A model generated the notes under the pieces. The model was not told the DNA's origin, did no database searches, and saw only the letters and a program-made list of their open reading frames with translations. This document shows positions 19,758 through 30,955 of a stretch of 64,000 nucleotides of DNA, piece after piece; within the stretch, counting starts at the first letter, position 1, and every line of letters begins with the position of its first letter. Source of the stretch: Flavobacteriaceae bacterium (GTDB taxonomy: Bacteria > Bacteroidota > Bacteroidia > Flavobacteriales > Flavobacteriaceae); contig CANGTQ010000005.1 in NCBI GenBank assembly GCA_947456955.1, forward strand, positions 8,880 through 72,879, read 5' to 3'. The position numbers and the translations under genes are program-made.

Positions 19758-21548
19758 ATGAGCGACATAACTAGAGGAGGACAATTCCTCGTAAAAGAAA
19801 CAAAATGTGAAGACATCTTTACTCCAGAGGATTTTTCGGAAGAGCAAATCATGATGCGAGATTCTGTTAAGGAATTCGTGGATAAAGAAATTTGGCCTTA
19901 CAAAGATCGATTCGAAAAGAAAGACTATGCTTTTACAGAAGAAGTTATGAAGAAAGCTGGTGAAATGGGGTTCCTAAGCGTAGCTGTCCCGGAAGCTTAT
20001 GGTGGAATGGGAATGGGTTTCGTAGATACGTGCTTGGTTTGCGACTACATTTCTGGTGCCACAGGTTCATTTTCAACAGCTTTTGGAGCACATACCGGAA
20101 TTGGAACAATGCCAATTACACTTTATGGAACCGAAGAACAAAAACAAAAATACGTTCCTAAATTAGCTTCTGGCGAATGGTTTGGAGCATACTGTTTAAC
20201 AGAACCAGGTGCCGGTAGTGATGCCAATTCAGGAAAAACAAAAGCTGTACTTTCTGCTGACGGAAAAACGTATAGCATAACCGGAGGAAAAATGTGGATT
20301 TCTAATGCTGGATTTTGCTCTTTGTTTATTGTGTTTGCGCGAATTGAAGACGATAAAAACATCACTGGTTTTATCATTGAAAATGACCCAAATAACGGAA
20401 TCACCATGAATGAAGAGGAACACAAATTAGGTATTCGTGCTTCTTCTACGCGACAGGTGTTTTTTAATGAAACAAAAGTTCCGGTTGAGAATATGTTGGC
20501 TGGTCGTGGCGAAGGCTTTAAAATTGCTATGAATGCGCTTAATGTAGGCCGAATTAAATTGGCTGCTGCTTGTTTGGATGCACAACGACGTGTAACTTCC
20601 AATGCTGTTAATTATGCTAATGAACGAATTCAATTTAATGTACCTATTTCTAGTTTTGGTGCAATCCGTTATAAATTAGCCGAAATGGCTACTTCAGCTT
20701 ATGCCGGTGAAAGTGCAACCTATCGTGCTGCAAAAGATATAGAAACCCGAATCAAATTGCGTGAAGCCGAGGGAACTTCTCACCAAGAAGCTGAATTGAA
20801 AGGGGTGGAAGAATTTGCTATTGAATGTTCTATTCTAAAAGTGGCTGTTTCTGAAGATGTTCAAAATTGTGCCGACGAAGGAATTCAAATTTATGGCGGT
20901 ATGGGATTCTCAGAAGATACTCCTATGGAAAGTGCATGGCGTGATGCGCGTATAGCCCGTATTTACGAAGGAACGAATGAAATCAACCGAATGTTATCAG
21001 TAGGGATGCTAATTAAAAAAGCTATGAAAGGTCACGTTGATTTGCTTGGACCGGCTTCAAAAGTGCAGGAAGAATTGATGGGTATTCCATCTTTTGATAC
21101 ACCTGATTACTCTGAATTATTTTCTGAAGAAAAAGAGATAATCGGTAAATTGAAAAAAGCATTCCTAATGGTTGCTGGTGGTGCGGTTCAAAAATACGGT
21201 CCAAATTTAGAAGACCACCAACAATTGTTAACCGCTGCTGCCGACATATTAATTGAGATATATATGGCTGAAAGCACTGTTTTACGTACAGAAAAATTAG
21301 CCAAAAAAGAAGGTGAAGAAAATGTAATAGAGCAAATAGCTATGGCTAAATTGTATTTATACAAAGCTGTTGATGTAGTTACCCAAAAAGGGAAAGAAAG
21401 CATTATTTCATTTGCTGAAGGCGATGAGCAACGAATGATGCTCATGGGATTACGCCGATTCACAAAATATACAAACATGCCTAATATTGTTGGATTGAGA
21501 GAAACAATCACAACAAAATTAGTAGCCAAAAATAGTTATTGTTTTTAG
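19758..21548 (+). CDS. Acyl-CoA dehydrogenase (long form)
   Basis: 596 aa. CLTEPGAGSD, IYGGMGF, RIYEGTNEI motifs. Confidence 0.92.
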   Translation: MSDITRGGQFLVKETKCEDIFTPEDFSEEQIMMRDSVKEFVDKEIWPYKDRFEKKDYAFTEEVMKKAGEMGFLSVAVPEAYGGMGMGFVDTCLVCDYISGATGSFSTAFGAHTGIGTMPITLYGTEEQKQKYVPKLASGEWFGAYCLTEPGAGSDANSGKTKAVLSADGKTYSITGGKMWISNAGFCSLFIVFARIEDDKNITGFIIENDPNNGITMNEEEHKLGIRASSTRQVFFNETKVPVENMLAGRGEGFKIAMNALNVGRIKLAAACLDAQRRVTSNAVNYANERIQFNVPISSFGAIRYKLAEMATSAYAGESATYRAAKDIETRIKLREAEGTSHQEAELKGVEEFAIECSILKVAVSEDVQNCADEGIQIYGGMGFSEDTPMESAWRDARIARIYEGTNEINRMLSVGMLIKKAMKGHVDLLGPASKVQEELMGIPSFDTPDYSELFSEEKEIIGKLKKAFLMVAGGAVQKYGPNLEDHQQLLTAAADILIEIYMAESTVLRTEKLAKKEGEENVIEQIAMAKLYLYKAVDVVTQKGKESIISFAEGDEQRMMLMGLRRFTKYTNMPNIVGLRETITTKLVAKNSYCF

Positions 21549-21570
21549 TTTAAGTTAAGTTAATTGTTGA

Positions 21571-21602
21571 AAAATCTCTTGCACAAACAAGAGATTTTTT
21601 TT
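21571..21602 (+). terminator. Rho-independent terminator after acyl-CoA dehydrogenase
   Basis: aaaatctcttg-cacaaa-caagagatttt followed by a T run. Confidence 0.8.
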
Positions 21603-21701
21603 GTTTAAAATTTCTAAATTTCAGTAATGTTTAAGTTTTTAATTACCCAAATTCGTAATCTGTAATTAGCTATATTTGCTTAACTAAATCGATATAGTTT
21701 T

Positions 21702-23129
21702 ATGGAAGAATGCATCTCCGTATTTGATATGCTTAAAATTGGTGTTGGCCCCTCAAGTTCGCACACACTTGGACCTTGGCGTGCAGCTGAACGCTTTTTA
21801 TCTGAATTACAAACAAAAAACTTGTTCGATAAAATAACCCGAGTCAAAGTTGATTTGTATGGTTCACTCTCCTTAACAGGAAAAGGACATGCTACCGATT
21901 TGGCTTTAATGCTTGGACTTAGCGGACAAGACCCTGAATTTATTCCAGTTCAAGACATAGACGGAATTATAAAAAATATCAAAAATAAAAACGAAATTAA
22001 TTTAGCTAACACTATTGTCATTCCATTTTATTTTTTGCAAGACATAGTTTTTAATAAAAATTTCCTTCCTTTTCATGCTAATGGTTTGACATTTACTGGT
22101 TATTTAAATGACAATACGGAATATACTTCTACCTTCTACTCTATTGGTGGCGGATTTGTAGTAAAAGAAGAGCGCGTGAATACCAAAAAGAAAATGCAAA
22201 TCAAATGTGCTTTCCCATTTTCAATTCAAAATGCAGAAGAGTTATTACAACTCACAATTTCACAAAACAAATCGATTTCTGAAATCGTTTATGAGAATGA
22301 AAAATCGATGCGTAGTGAAGAAAATATTCATCATGAATTAATGCGCATTTGGCATACCATGCTTGAATGTATGTACATTGGTTGTCATTCTGAAGGGATT
22401 TTACCTGGAGGTTTAAATGTAAGACGACGCGCTTTTGATATGCATCAAGGTTTGATTGGTTTGGCCAACTATACTACTCCACAAGAATGGTTAGAATCCA
22501 TTCGAAAAACCGAAGTTAAATTTCGTCAAATACTTAAATGGGTTTCTTGTTTTGCTTTAGCTGTGAATGAAGTAAATGCTGCTTTAGGTAGAGTTGTAAC
22601 CGCACCAACCAACGGAAGTGCCGGGGTAATTCCAGCTGTTTTGATGTATTATTTAGTGATTGAAAATCATCAAGCTGGAGAAAAAGAAATCAAACAATTC
22701 CTTATGGTGGCTGGAGAAATTGGAAGCATCTTTAAAAAGGGATCAACAATCTCTGCAGCTATGGGAGGTTGTCAGGCAGAAATAGGTGTTTCTTCCGCTA
22801 TGGCAGCCGGAGCTTTATGTGAAGTTATGGGTGGTACTGCTGACCAAGTCTTGATGGCTGCCGAAATCGCTATGGAACATCACCTAGGAATGACTTGCGA
22901 CCCTATTGGTGGTTTGGTTCAAATTCCTTGTATAGAACGCAATACTATGGGCGCAATCAAGGCAATAAATGCCGCAGAACTCGCCATGGAAACCGATGCA
23001 AAAAATGCTAAAGTTCCGCTAGACAAGGTAATTGAAACCATGTGGAAAACTGCCAAAGATATGAACTCTAAATACAAAGAAACTTCAGAAGGTGGTCTTG
23101 CTGTAGCAGTAAATATGGCGGATTGTTAG
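21702..23129 (+). CDS. sdaA: L-serine ammonia-lyase, iron-sulfur dependent, single chain
   Basis: 475 aa. [42 protein letters not shown]. Confidence 0.92.
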   Translation: MEECISVFDMLKIGVGPSSSHTLGPWRAAERFLSELQTKNLFDKITRVKVDLYGSLSLTGKGHATDLALMLGLSGQDPEFIPVQDIDGIIKNIKNKNEINLANTIVIPFYFLQDIVFNKNFLPFHANGLTFTGYLNDNTEYTSTFYSIGGGFVVKEERVNTKKKMQIKCAFPFSIQNAEELLQLTISQNKSISEIVYENEKSMRSEENIHHELMRIWHTMLECMYIGCHSEGILPGGLNVRRRAFDMHQGLIGLANYTTPQEWLESIRKTEVKFRQILKWVSCFALAVNEVNAALGRVVTAPTNGSAGVIPAVLMYYLVIENHQAGEKEIKQFLMVAGEIGSIFKKGSTISAAMGGCQAEIGVSSAMAAGALCEVMGGTADQVLMAAEIAMEHHLGMTCDPIGGLVQIPCIERNTMGAIKAINAAELAMETDAKNAKVPLDKVIETMWKTAKDMNSKYKETSEGGLAVAVNMADC

Positions 23130-24175
23130 AATTCAAAAGCTAAACTCGTGGTAATAAAAAAGTTATTATTGGTAGGTAATTCATCTTTTAAGAATACTTT
23201 TTCTTGACTTTGCAAATACCGTGCTTCGGTTCTAAATTTTACTTTTTCATTAAAATTGTAATCCACATTTATAGAACTACCAAATGTTTTAAAATCGCCA
23301 TTTGAGGCTATAATAATATTATTTTTATCCTGATAATATTCCGCTCTGAAAGTAGTTTGCCATTTACTATTCCAATTATATTGTGTCATAATCACTGGGC
23401 TATACCAAATATGATAATCTGTTTTAATAGGGTCAATATCTTGCATTCCTATGTCAAAACCTGAAATAATGCGCCAATGACTGTTACATTTATAATCCCA
23501 ATAAAAGTTATTAAAAAAACGCATACCCCAATACTGATTATAAACTTCTTTTCCTAAATAGGAACTCCAATTGAATAATGACTTAGCGGTGGGTTTATAG
23601 CTAATTTGAGTTCCGAGTGCTGGTGGAATTTTGGTATTGGTTCGCTTAATTCTTTGCCAACCATTGGTTACTAAAAAAGCGAAGTTCCATTTTTCATTGG
23701 GTTTATAACCATATTTTACACCCGTCATATAGTAAGGAGAGTTTTCTGCTAGTAAAGAACGAGTTAAGGTAAGATTACTCGAAGAAATAGCGGTTTCAAA
23801 TCCAATATAACTAGGCATAATACCAACTTCGACAGTTTGTTTTTTTGCGCTATCCAGATAAAGACCTACAAAAGCTTCATTGAGCAGTTTCGTATTTTCG
23901 TTAGCATAATTATCATCAACATAGGTTCCCGAATGTAATGCAATACTGGCATAGACATTTTCATATTCCGCTTTGGCTCTAAGCAATCCTATATTGATAT
24001 TAAACTCATTATGTCTATTATAATTATACATAAACGGAAGTTTTGTTTCCAAATTTGGAGTATTGAAATCGTAGGCATAATAAGTTTCAATATAACCTGA
24101 AAATTCAAAATCTACAGCTCTTTCCTGCGAAAAAACGAATTGTGAGATAATCAAAAAAAAGAAAAATTTCTTCAT
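23126..24175 (-). CDS. Outer-membrane beta-barrel porin
   Basis: Signal peptide MKKFFFFLIISQFVFSQ, alternating aromatic beta-strand pattern, C-terminal ...SLAFEF. Confidence 0.7.
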   Translation of the reverse strand: MKKFFFFLIISQFVFSQERAVDFEFSGYIETYYAYDFNTPNLETKLPFMYNYNRHNEFNINIGLLRAKAEYENVYASIALHSGTYVDDNYANENTKLLNEAFVGLYLDSAKKQTVEVGIMPSYIGFETAISSSNLTLTRSLLAENSPYYMTGVKYGYKPNEKWNFAFLVTNGWQRIKRTNTKIPPALGTQISYKPTAKSLFNWSSYLGKEVYNQYWGMRFFNNFYWDYKCNSHWRIISGFDIGMQDIDPIKTDYHIWYSPVIMTQYNWNSKWQTTFRAEYYQDKNNIIIASNGDFKTFGSSINVDYNFNEKVKFRTEARYLQSQEKVFLKDELPTNNNFFITTSLAFEF

Positions 24176-24202
24176 TTATTTTAGATGAAGGGTAAGAAAA
24201 TA

Positions 24203-25507
24203 TTAATATTTCATCCAACGAATTAACTCTTTCCATGTTGGCTTTTTTCCATACATCAAAATACCAACACGGTAAATCTTCGCGGCAAACCAAACGACTC
24301 CGAGAAAAGTACTGAATAGAATTATCATTGATAAGATAATCTGCCACATCGGAACACCAAACGGAATTCGCATCATCATAACAATTGGCGACGTTAGCGG
24401 AATCATTGAAAAAACCGTTGCCACTGTTCCATTTGGATCATTCATTACCGTGAAGAAACCAATATAAACTCCTAATATTAAAGGCATAATGATTGGCAAC
24501 AAGAATTGTTGTGAGTCAGTTTCATTATCGACAGCCGCACCAATTGAGGCATAAAAAGAACTGTATAAAAAGTAACCCCCTATAAAATAAATGATGAAAG
24601 AAATCAAGATAGTCGCAATTGGCAGATTCCATAATTCTTTTATATACATACCTATATTACTATCTGCAGCTTGTTGAGCAGTATCCATTGCTTGAGCCTG
24701 CGCTTCTGCTGATGCGCCCATATGAACTCCAAACATACTTGAAACAATAAACATAGCAGACAGCCCTAATATTACCCAAATCAAAAATTGCAAAATACCG
24801 GCTAATGATGTTCCGATAATTTTACCCATCATCAATTGAAAAGGTTTTACAGATGAAATAATTACTTCTATAATTCTGGATGTTTTTTCTTCAATAACGC
24901 TTCGCATCACCATATTTCCATATAATATGATAAACATCATAATCAAATAACCAAAAGCGCCACCAATGATGATTTTAATTTCGTTTAATCCTTTCAATGC
25001 TTCTTCGCCTGATGCTTTTTCTAAATTAATAGCAACAGTAGCTTTTGCATTATTGATTTTTAAAGTATCTAAACCTGCTTTTTGAAAGTTTTCGGCAGTT
25101 ATTTTTTTAGCAATAACGTCTTCTAAATTGTCAATAAAAGATACACTTGGACTATCATTGGAAACAAATTGAATGGCTTTTTGCAGCTTGCTATTGTCTT
25201 CTACTTTCGGAATAATTAAGAGTCCTTCGTAGCTTTCGCTGATGATACTATCCTTTAAAACTTTTAAATCAACTCGAGATAAATCAACATATTTGTATTC
25301 TTCATCACTTTTAAACTCATTTACAAATTGACCAGTTTTATCATGAATAGCAATGGTTTTTAATTCTGCTTTCATCGTGCTTAAATAGCCAACAAAAACA
25401 CCGATACCAACAAACAATAACGGACTCAAAAATGTCATTACAATGAACGATTTATTACGCACTTTGGCAATAAATTCTCTTTTTATGATAAGTACTAATT
25501 TGCTCAT
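24203..25507 (-). CDS. ABC-2 type transporter permease (NatB-like)
   Basis: 434 aa. N-terminal TM, large extracytoplasmic loop, then 5 C-terminal TMs. Downstream of the ATPase. Confidence 0.8.
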   Translation of the reverse strand: MSKLVLIIKREFIAKVRNKSFIVMTFLSPLLFVGIGVFVGYLSTMKAELKTIAIHDKTGQFVNEFKSDEEYKYVDLSRVDLKVLKDSIISESYEGLLIIPKVEDNSKLQKAIQFVSNDSPSVSFIDNLEDVIAKKITAENFQKAGLDTLKINNAKATVAINLEKASGEEALKGLNEIKIIIGGAFGYLIMMFIILYGNMVMRSVIEEKTSRIIEVIISSVKPFQLMMGKIIGTSLAGILQFLIWVILGLSAMFIVSSMFGVHMGASAEAQAQAMDTAQQAADSNIGMYIKELWNLPIATILISFIIYFIGGYFLYSSFYASIGAAVDNETDSQQFLLPIIMPLILGVYIGFFTVMNDPNGTVATVFSMIPLTSPIVMMMRIPFGVPMWQIILSMIILFSTFLGVVWFAAKIYRVGILMYGKKPTWKELIRWMKY

Positions 25508-25603
25508 ATTTCAGACTTCTTAGATTTTAAGATTATTAGACTTCTTAGAATTTAGATTGATTGATTGATTTATTAATGTCTAACAATCTAACTTTCTAAC
25601 AAT
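25508..25603. repeat. TTAGAC/TCTAAC-word imperfect palindrome
   Basis: agacttcttagattttaagattattagacttcttagaatttagattg ... ttaatgtctaacaatctaactttctaacaatc. Same word family as 1019..1192. Confidence 0.7.
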
Positions 25604-26524
25604 CTATTGTGTTACCGTTTGGATAAAAATATCATTCATACTAGGAATTTTTTCGACAAAATGAGTTACTTGACCTCTTTGAACCAAGGTGTTTAGTAAA
25701 TCATTTGGCGCAGCATTTCCAAGGTTAATTTCTAATTTTAATTCGTCGTTCAACGATTTGAAATCCGTTTGGGATAAAGTAAATTTTTGTGACAAATCAT
25801 ACATCAGACCTTCTATATTATCGCTTAAAATTCCAACTTCATAGCTATTCGTTCTGAATTGCTTTTTGACATCAGTAAGTTTCCCTTCAATCAGTTTGTT
25901 CGATTTGTGAATTAATGCAATATAATCACACATTTCTTCCACGCTTTCCATTCGATGTGTAGAAAAGATAACTGAAGTTCCCTGTCTGTTTAGCTCGATG
26001 ATTTCATCTTTAATCAGATTAGCATTTACGGGGTCAAAACCAGAAAAGGGTTCGTCAAGAATAAGTAACTTTGGTTTGTGCAAAACGGTAACAACAAATT
26101 GTATTTTTTGTGCCATTCCCTTAGAAAGCTCCTGAATCTTTTTGTCCCACCAACCTTGAATTTCCAAACGATCAAACCAATAATCCAATTGTTGTTTTGC
26201 CTCTTGTTTTGACAAACCTTTTAGTTGTGCCAAATACAAACACTGCTCGCCTACTTTCATGGTTTTATACAAACCTCTTTCTTCGGGCATATAACCAATT
26301 AATGCAACGTGTTCAGGCTTTAGTTTTTCACCATCCAAAATTATTTCACCACTATCGGGCAGAGTAATTTGATTGATAATTCTAATTAGGGAAGTTTTTC
26401 CGGCACCATTTGGACCGAGAAGTCCATATATACTGCCTTTTGGAACGGTTAAAGAAACTTCATTAAGCGCGGTATAATTACCATATTTCTTAACTACTTT
26501 GTTTACTTCAAGAATATTGCTCAT
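25604..26524 (-). CDS. ABC transporter ATP-binding protein (NatA-like)
   Basis: Walker A GPNGAGKTS, signature LSKGMAQK, Walker B LLILDEPFSGFD. Confidence 0.9.
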   Translation of the reverse strand: MSNILEVNKVVKKYGNYTALNEVSLTVPKGSIYGLLGPNGAGKTSLIRIINQITLPDSGEIILDGEKLKPEHVALIGYMPEERGLYKTMKVGEQCLYLAQLKGLSKQEAKQQLDYWFDRLEIQGWWDKKIQELSKGMAQKIQFVVTVLHKPKLLILDEPFSGFDPVNANLIKDEIIELNRQGTSVIFSTHRMESVEEMCDYIALIHKSNKLIEGKLTDVKKQFRTNSYEVGILSDNIEGLMYDLSQKFTLSQTDFKSLNDELKLEINLGNAAPNDLLNTLVQRGQVTHFVEKIPSMNDIFIQTVTQ

Positions 26525-26730
26525 AGGTTAAATAAGTTTCAAAAAATTAAAAATCAAAAATCAAAAAAAAGCATAATTCCAAAAACTCAAAATTCAAAAT
26601 GAACGTAAAAACAAAATTTGGAAATTGAATTTTGAACTTTGAATGTTATTTGGGATTTGTCTTTTCGAATTTGCTTCTTAAATTCTAGGTAAAAGTAAGC
26701 AATAAGTAATAAAATGAAACGATTTGTTAC

Positions 26731-26764
26731 AAAAAACCCACCCTGTTTTTTACAAAAGGATGGG
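26731..26764 (-). terminator. Rho-independent terminator downstream of dnaJ
   Basis: Minus strand reads cccatcc-ttttgtaaaaaaca-gggtggg-tttttt. Confidence 0.65.
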
Positions 26765-26831
26765 AAAAATTGCTATGAAAAAGAAATTACTTGCTTCCAA
26801 GTAATAACCAAATGTAAAAATATTTTTTAAA

Positions 26832-27956
26832 CTATGAAAACATATCCTTTACTTTTTCAAAAAAAGATTTGTCCCCTTTTTCCGGATTTGGAATAAAGTT
26901 TTCATCGGTTAACGATTTTTCAAAAAACTGACGTTGTTCTTTGTTTAGATTTTTTGGAGTCCAAACATTGATATGTACCAATAAATCACCATTACCATAG
27001 CTATTTAGACTTGGAATTCCTTTTCCTTTCAGTCTTAAAATTTTTCCTGACTGAATACCGTCATCTAGTTTAATCCTTACTTTACCATTTACCGCTTCGA
27101 TTTCTTTTGAAACACCAAGTGCTGCTTCAGCAAAGCTGATGTATAAGTCGTAGTGAAGATTTTCACCTTCACGTTTTAAAAATTCATGTTCTAGCTCCTC
27201 TATAGCAACAATTAAATCTCCCGGAACTCCATTTCCAGGAGCATCATTTCCTTTGCCTGAAACTTTTAATTGCATACCGTCAACAACACCCGCAGGGATT
27301 TTGATAGAAACCGTTTCGTCTTCCATTATCATTCCTTGAGCATCAGCATTATTTGGTTTACTTTCAATAGTTTGACCCGAGCCTCCACAAACATTACAAG
27401 TTGTAGCCGATTGCATTCTACCCAAAATGGTATTGGTAACTCTTAGTACCTGACCTTGCCCGTTGCAGGTTGAACAAGTTTTATATTTAACGCCAGGAGC
27501 CTGTATTTTACGTTTTACTTTTACTTTTTTCTCAACACCATTAGCAATTTCTTCTAAAGTCAATTTAACTTTGATACGAAGATTGCTTCCTTTTACTCTT
27601 CTATTTCCACCAGAACCACCGCCAAAACCTCCAAATCCGCCTCCTCCAAAAGCACCACCAAAAATATCTCCAAATTGGCTGAAAATATCATCCATGTTCA
27701 TGTGATGTCCGCCACCATATCCGCCAGCACCATCAAAAGCGGCATGACCATATTGATCGTATTTTGCTTTTTTATCTGCGTCGCTCAATATTTCATATGC
27801 TTCAGCAGCTGTTTTAAAATTTTCTTCGGCTTGTTTGTCTCCCGGATTTTTATCAGGATGAAATTCAATCGCTTTCTTTCGGTAGGCTTTCTTTATTTCT
27901 TCTGGGGAAGCGTTTTTTGATACGCCTAATATATCGTAAAAATCTTTTTTGCTCAT
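26832..27956 (-). CDS. dnaJ: Molecular chaperone DnaJ
   Basis: J domain with HPD (FHPDKNP), G/F-rich linker, CxxCxGxG zinc-finger repeats ([16 protein letters not shown]). Confidence 0.95.
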   Translation of the reverse strand: MSKKDFYDILGVSKNASPEEIKKAYRKKAIEFHPDKNPGDKQAEENFKTAAEAYEILSDADKKAKYDQYGHAAFDGAGGYGGGHHMNMDDIFSQFGDIFGGAFGGGGFGGFGGGSGGNRRVKGSNLRIKVKLTLEEIANGVEKKVKVKRKIQAPGVKYKTCSTCNGQGQVLRVTNTILGRMQSATTCNVCGGSGQTIESKPNNADAQGMIMEDETVSIKIPAGVVDGMQLKVSGKGNDAPGNGVPGDLIVAIEELEHEFLKREGENLHYDLYISFAEAALGVSKEIEAVNGKVRIKLDDGIQSGKILRLKGKGIPSLNSYGNGDLLVHINVWTPKNLNKEQRQFFEKSLTDENFIPNPEKGDKSFFEKVKDMFS

Positions 27957-28016
27957 AATATTTTATATAAAATTCAAACGCGATAAATCGCGTTTCTATT
28001 CGGTTGTAATTTAAAA

Positions 28017-28586
28017 TTAATTTCCAATTACAACCTTTGGAAAACGAATTATTTTATCACCTAGTTTGTACCCTTTTTCAATTACATCAACAATTTTTCC
28101 TTTCAAATCGTCTGTTGGTGCAGGAATTTGGGTAATAGCTTCTGCAAAATCGGCATTAAATGAATCGCCTACTCTTACTTCAACCTGCTCCAAACCTTTT
28201 GAGATAAGTGTAGTTTTTAATTTTTCATGAATTAATTCTACTCCTTTCAATAAAACATCATCGTCTGACTTAGAAATTTCCAGCATTGCTCTGTCAAAAT
28301 CATCCAATACTGGCAACATGGATTGTAATACATCTTGATTGGCAGTTTTAAACAAATCAATTCTTTCTTTAGCGGTTCTTCTTTTGAAGTTTTCAAATTC
28401 AGCAAAAAGACGAAGAAATTTATCTTTCTCATTGGCTAAATCTTCCTGAAGCTTTTCCTCAATAGATAATTCAGTTGCTGATTCAATTTCATTTACACTA
28501 TTTTCTGTTGTATTTTCATCAATAATTGTTTCTTTTTCTGGATTTTCAGTATTCATCGAGTTTTTATTTTTAAAAATATTTTTCAT
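28017..28586 (-). CDS. grpE: Nucleotide exchange factor GrpE
   Basis: 189 aa. FLRLFAEFENFKRRTAKE and C-terminal beta domain (YKLGDKIIRFPKVVI). Confidence 0.93.
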   Translation of the reverse strand: MKNIFKNKNSMNTENPEKETIIDENTTENSVNEIESATELSIEEKLQEDLANEKDKFLRLFAEFENFKRRTAKERIDLFKTANQDVLQSMLPVLDDFDRAMLEISKSDDDVLLKGVELIHEKLKTTLISKGLEQVEVRVGDSFNADFAEAITQIPAPTDDLKGKIVDVIEKGYKLGDKIIRFPKVVIGN

Positions 28587-28611
28587 ATTAAATTCTTGAT
28601 TTTTTGGTTTG

Positions 28612-28643
28612 CAAAAGTACTGCCATTTCTTTTAAAATGTCAA
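28612..28643 (-). promoter_or_regulatory. Candidate sigma-A type promoter for grpE-dnaJ (TTG-N21-TACTTTTG)
   Basis: Minus strand reads TTGacattttaaaagaaatggcagTACTTTTG. The -7 box is an exact TAnnTTTG match 26 nt upstream of the grpE ATG. Confidence 0.5.
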
Positions 28644-28832
28644 ATTGTCATTTAATTTTGTTTGATAAAAAAAATAACAGAAAATAATTATCAAATTTTA
28701 GTAAAAATTTAATAAAATTTTAAGACTGTTACGATTTCGTTTAAACTAAATTTGTTCGTCAATACCAAACAAGTAATGACTATAGGTTAGTTTATCGCTG
28801 TAAAAAATTATTAATTCAAGAATCTTTATAGT

Positions 28833-28866
28833 AAAAAAAAGTGCTGTATACAACAGCACTTTTTTT
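28833..28866. terminator. Bidirectional hairpin terminator
   Basis: aaaaaaaagtgctgt-ataca-acagcacttttttt, a perfect 8-bp stem flanked by A and T runs. Directly after the stop of the 28865..29770 gene. Confidence 0.8.
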
Positions 28867-29770
28867 ATGAATATAAATCCTCAATAGCTTCTTTTATATT
28901 GAGAAATTGAAATTGAAAACCTTCATCTATAATCTTTTGGGAACTTAAATTTTTACTAGAAAAAAGTAAATAGCTCATTTCACCAAGCATCAATTTCATT
29001 ATAAACTCTGGAATATTAGGTAGAAAAAGTGGTTTTTTTAGTGTCTTAGCAATAACAGTTGTTAAATCCTGATTGTTTGTCGGATTTGGACTTACCGCAT
29101 TATAAACACCTTTCAATTGGTTTTCAATCGCAAAACTAAACATAGCAACCAAGTCGTAAATGTGTATCCATGATTGTATTTGTTTACCATTTCCCAAGGC
29201 TGCACCAAAACCCATTTTAATAGGTTTTACCATTTCAGGTAAAGCACCTCCTAAATTAGAAAGTACAATTCCGGTTCTTAGTTTACAAACATTTAACCCT
29301 AAAACCTGAAATCGATCAGCACTTTCTTCCCATTTTTTTACAACATTAGAAAGAAAACTATCTTCTGTTTCTGTGGTAGTTTCATCATAAACTTTATCAA
29401 AACCTTCCGGATAAATAGCTGTTCCGGAGGCAGAAACAAATTGTTTTACTTGGTTTGGATTTTTTTTAACCAAATTATAAAGTAGTTCACTCGCTAAAGT
29501 TCTGCTTTCTATTATTTCTTGTTTGTAAGCATTTGTCCATCGCTTTGCTATGTTAGCTCCGGCTAGATGAACAATGACGTCAACTCCGAAAATACAATTT
29601 TCATCAATTTTACTTTGCTGCGGATTCCAATAAAAACCATGATAATTAGGTTTACTTTCAATCTTTGAAACTAAAGTAGTAAGATAATTTATTGTATGGC
29701 CTTTTGCAAGTAATACTTTTACCAGTTCAGTACCTATTAAACCTGTTGCTCCTGTAATTAAAATCTTCAT
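28865..29770 (-). CDS. TIGR01777-family NAD-dependent epimerase/dehydratase-like protein (with DUF1731-type C-terminus)
   Basis: ILITGATGLIG Rossmann start, 301 aa. Confidence 0.8.
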   Translation of the reverse strand: MKILITGATGLIGTELVKVLLAKGHTINYLTTLVSKIESKPNYHGFYWNPQQSKIDENCIFGVDVIVHLAGANIAKRWTNAYKQEIIESRTLASELLYNLVKKNPNQVKQFVSASGTAIYPEGFDKVYDETTTETEDSFLSNVVKKWEESADRFQVLGLNVCKLRTGIVLSNLGGALPEMVKPIKMGFGAALGNGKQIQSWIHIYDLVAMFSFAIENQLKGVYNAVSPNPTNNQDLTTVIAKTLKKPLFLPNIPEFIMKLMLGEMSYLLFSSKNLSSQKIIDEGFQFQFLNIKEAIEDLYS

Positions 29771-29939
29771 TTTGAAATTATTTTATTTCCTTCGGCTGTC
29801 TCATTCGCACTAGTCGCTAAGCTGCATAAAATTACTTCGTAAATTTGCTAAAGTTTAGTTTTTGCTTCGCCTCGGGTTTGTCAAAATTACATTCAATATC
29901 TAATAAGTAATACCCAATTGTAATAGGTTTAACTTTTGT

Positions 29940-30395
29940 CTATGCTTTCAATTTGATACTCCATTCAAAGTTCATTTCAGAAACCTGTTCTCTTTTTTCA
30001 TTTACTCCAACAGATTTCATCCAAATAGTTTGTCCTTCACCGGTAGCAATTGTTTGTTTGATGGCTTCTTCTATCAAATGGCCATCATTACAAGTGAATG
30101 TAATTCGTCCGGTGGCTTTTTTTGAAAAGTTACTATTGTTGTTGGCAACCAACATCGAGATATTTTTTCCGCTTTTTTTGATTTGCATCATTACCAGTGT
30201 ACCGGTTGTCAATTCTGCAGCCATGGCTTGCACAGCAAAATACATTGATTTAAAAGGATTTTGATTAAACCATCTGTGTTTAACAGTTACTACACATTGT
30301 TCTTTTGAAATAGACTTAACTCTTACACCACTCCAAAAAGCAGAAGGTAATTTAAAAAATAAAAAAAAGTTTAATTTTAAAGGCGTAAATTCCAT
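29940..30395 (-). CDS. DUF4442-like hotdog-fold (thioesterase-like) protein
   Basis: 151 aa. Pattern FWSGVRVKSISKEQCVVTVKHRWFNQNPFKSMYFAVQAMAAELTTG typical of DUF4442. Assignment by pattern. Confidence 0.6.
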   Translation of the reverse strand: MEFTPLKLNFFLFFKLPSAFWSGVRVKSISKEQCVVTVKHRWFNQNPFKSMYFAVQAMAAELTTGTLVMMQIKKSGKNISMLVANNNSNFSKKATGRITFTCNDGHLIEEAIKQTIATGEGQTIWMKSVGVNEKREQVSEMNFEWSIKLKA

Positions 30396-30613
30396 AAAAA
30401 CTATAATTTACTGTAAAAGTACAACAATACAGATAGATTACAAGTTGTTGTAAAATGCTAATTTCATGTTAAATTTTAGTACTTTGTATTGCATAATACC
30501 TTTTTTTAAAAGTATCTTTGTTTAAGAATTTAATCTTTTATGTATAGTATTCAAAGATTCAATCATTAACAAAAAATGAATTTGGTAATCAAAAAATAAA
30601 TAAATCATGTATT

Positions 30614-30955
30614 ATGAATATTGAAAACACAAAAGCTCAGATGCGTAAAGGTGTTTTAGAATTTTGTATTTTATGTGTCTTAAGAGACAAAGAAGCATAC
30701 ACATCTGAAATATTAGACACTTTAAAAAACGCAAAACTGCTTGTGGTAGAAGGAACTGTTTATCCGCTATTGACAAGACTAAAAAATGATGGTTTGCTTA
30801 ATTACCGATGGGAAGAATCAACTTCTGGACCACCAAGAAAATATTACGGTTTGACAGAAATAGGAAAATCATTTTTAACAGAATTAAATGGCACATGGAC
30901 AGAACTGTCTGATGCCGTAAACATCATCACAACTAACAAATCAAAGAAATCATGA
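30614..30955 (+). CDS. PadR family transcriptional regulator
   Basis: 113 aa winged helix. VEGTVYPLLTRLKNDGLL, PPRKYYGLTEIG. Confidence 0.9.
   Translation: MNIENTKAQMRKGVLEFCILCVLRDKEAYTSEILDTLKNAKLLVVEGTVYPLLTRLKNDGLLNYRWEESTSGPPRKYYGLTEIGKSFLTELNGTWTELSDAVNIITTNKSKKS

Noticed and set aside
20123-21529. Minus-strand ORFs inside the acyl-CoA dehydrogenase gene (20123..20602, 20229..20423, 20427..20633, 21022..21204, 21188..21529)
   Set aside because: These are shadow ORFs antisense to a gene with clear ACAD motifs.
28587-28864. CIRCE/HrcA operator upstream of grpE-dnaJ
   Set aside because: No TTAGCACTC-N9-GAGTGCTAA-like inverted repeat is present. Only a standard TTG-N21-TAnnTTTG promoter candidate was found.
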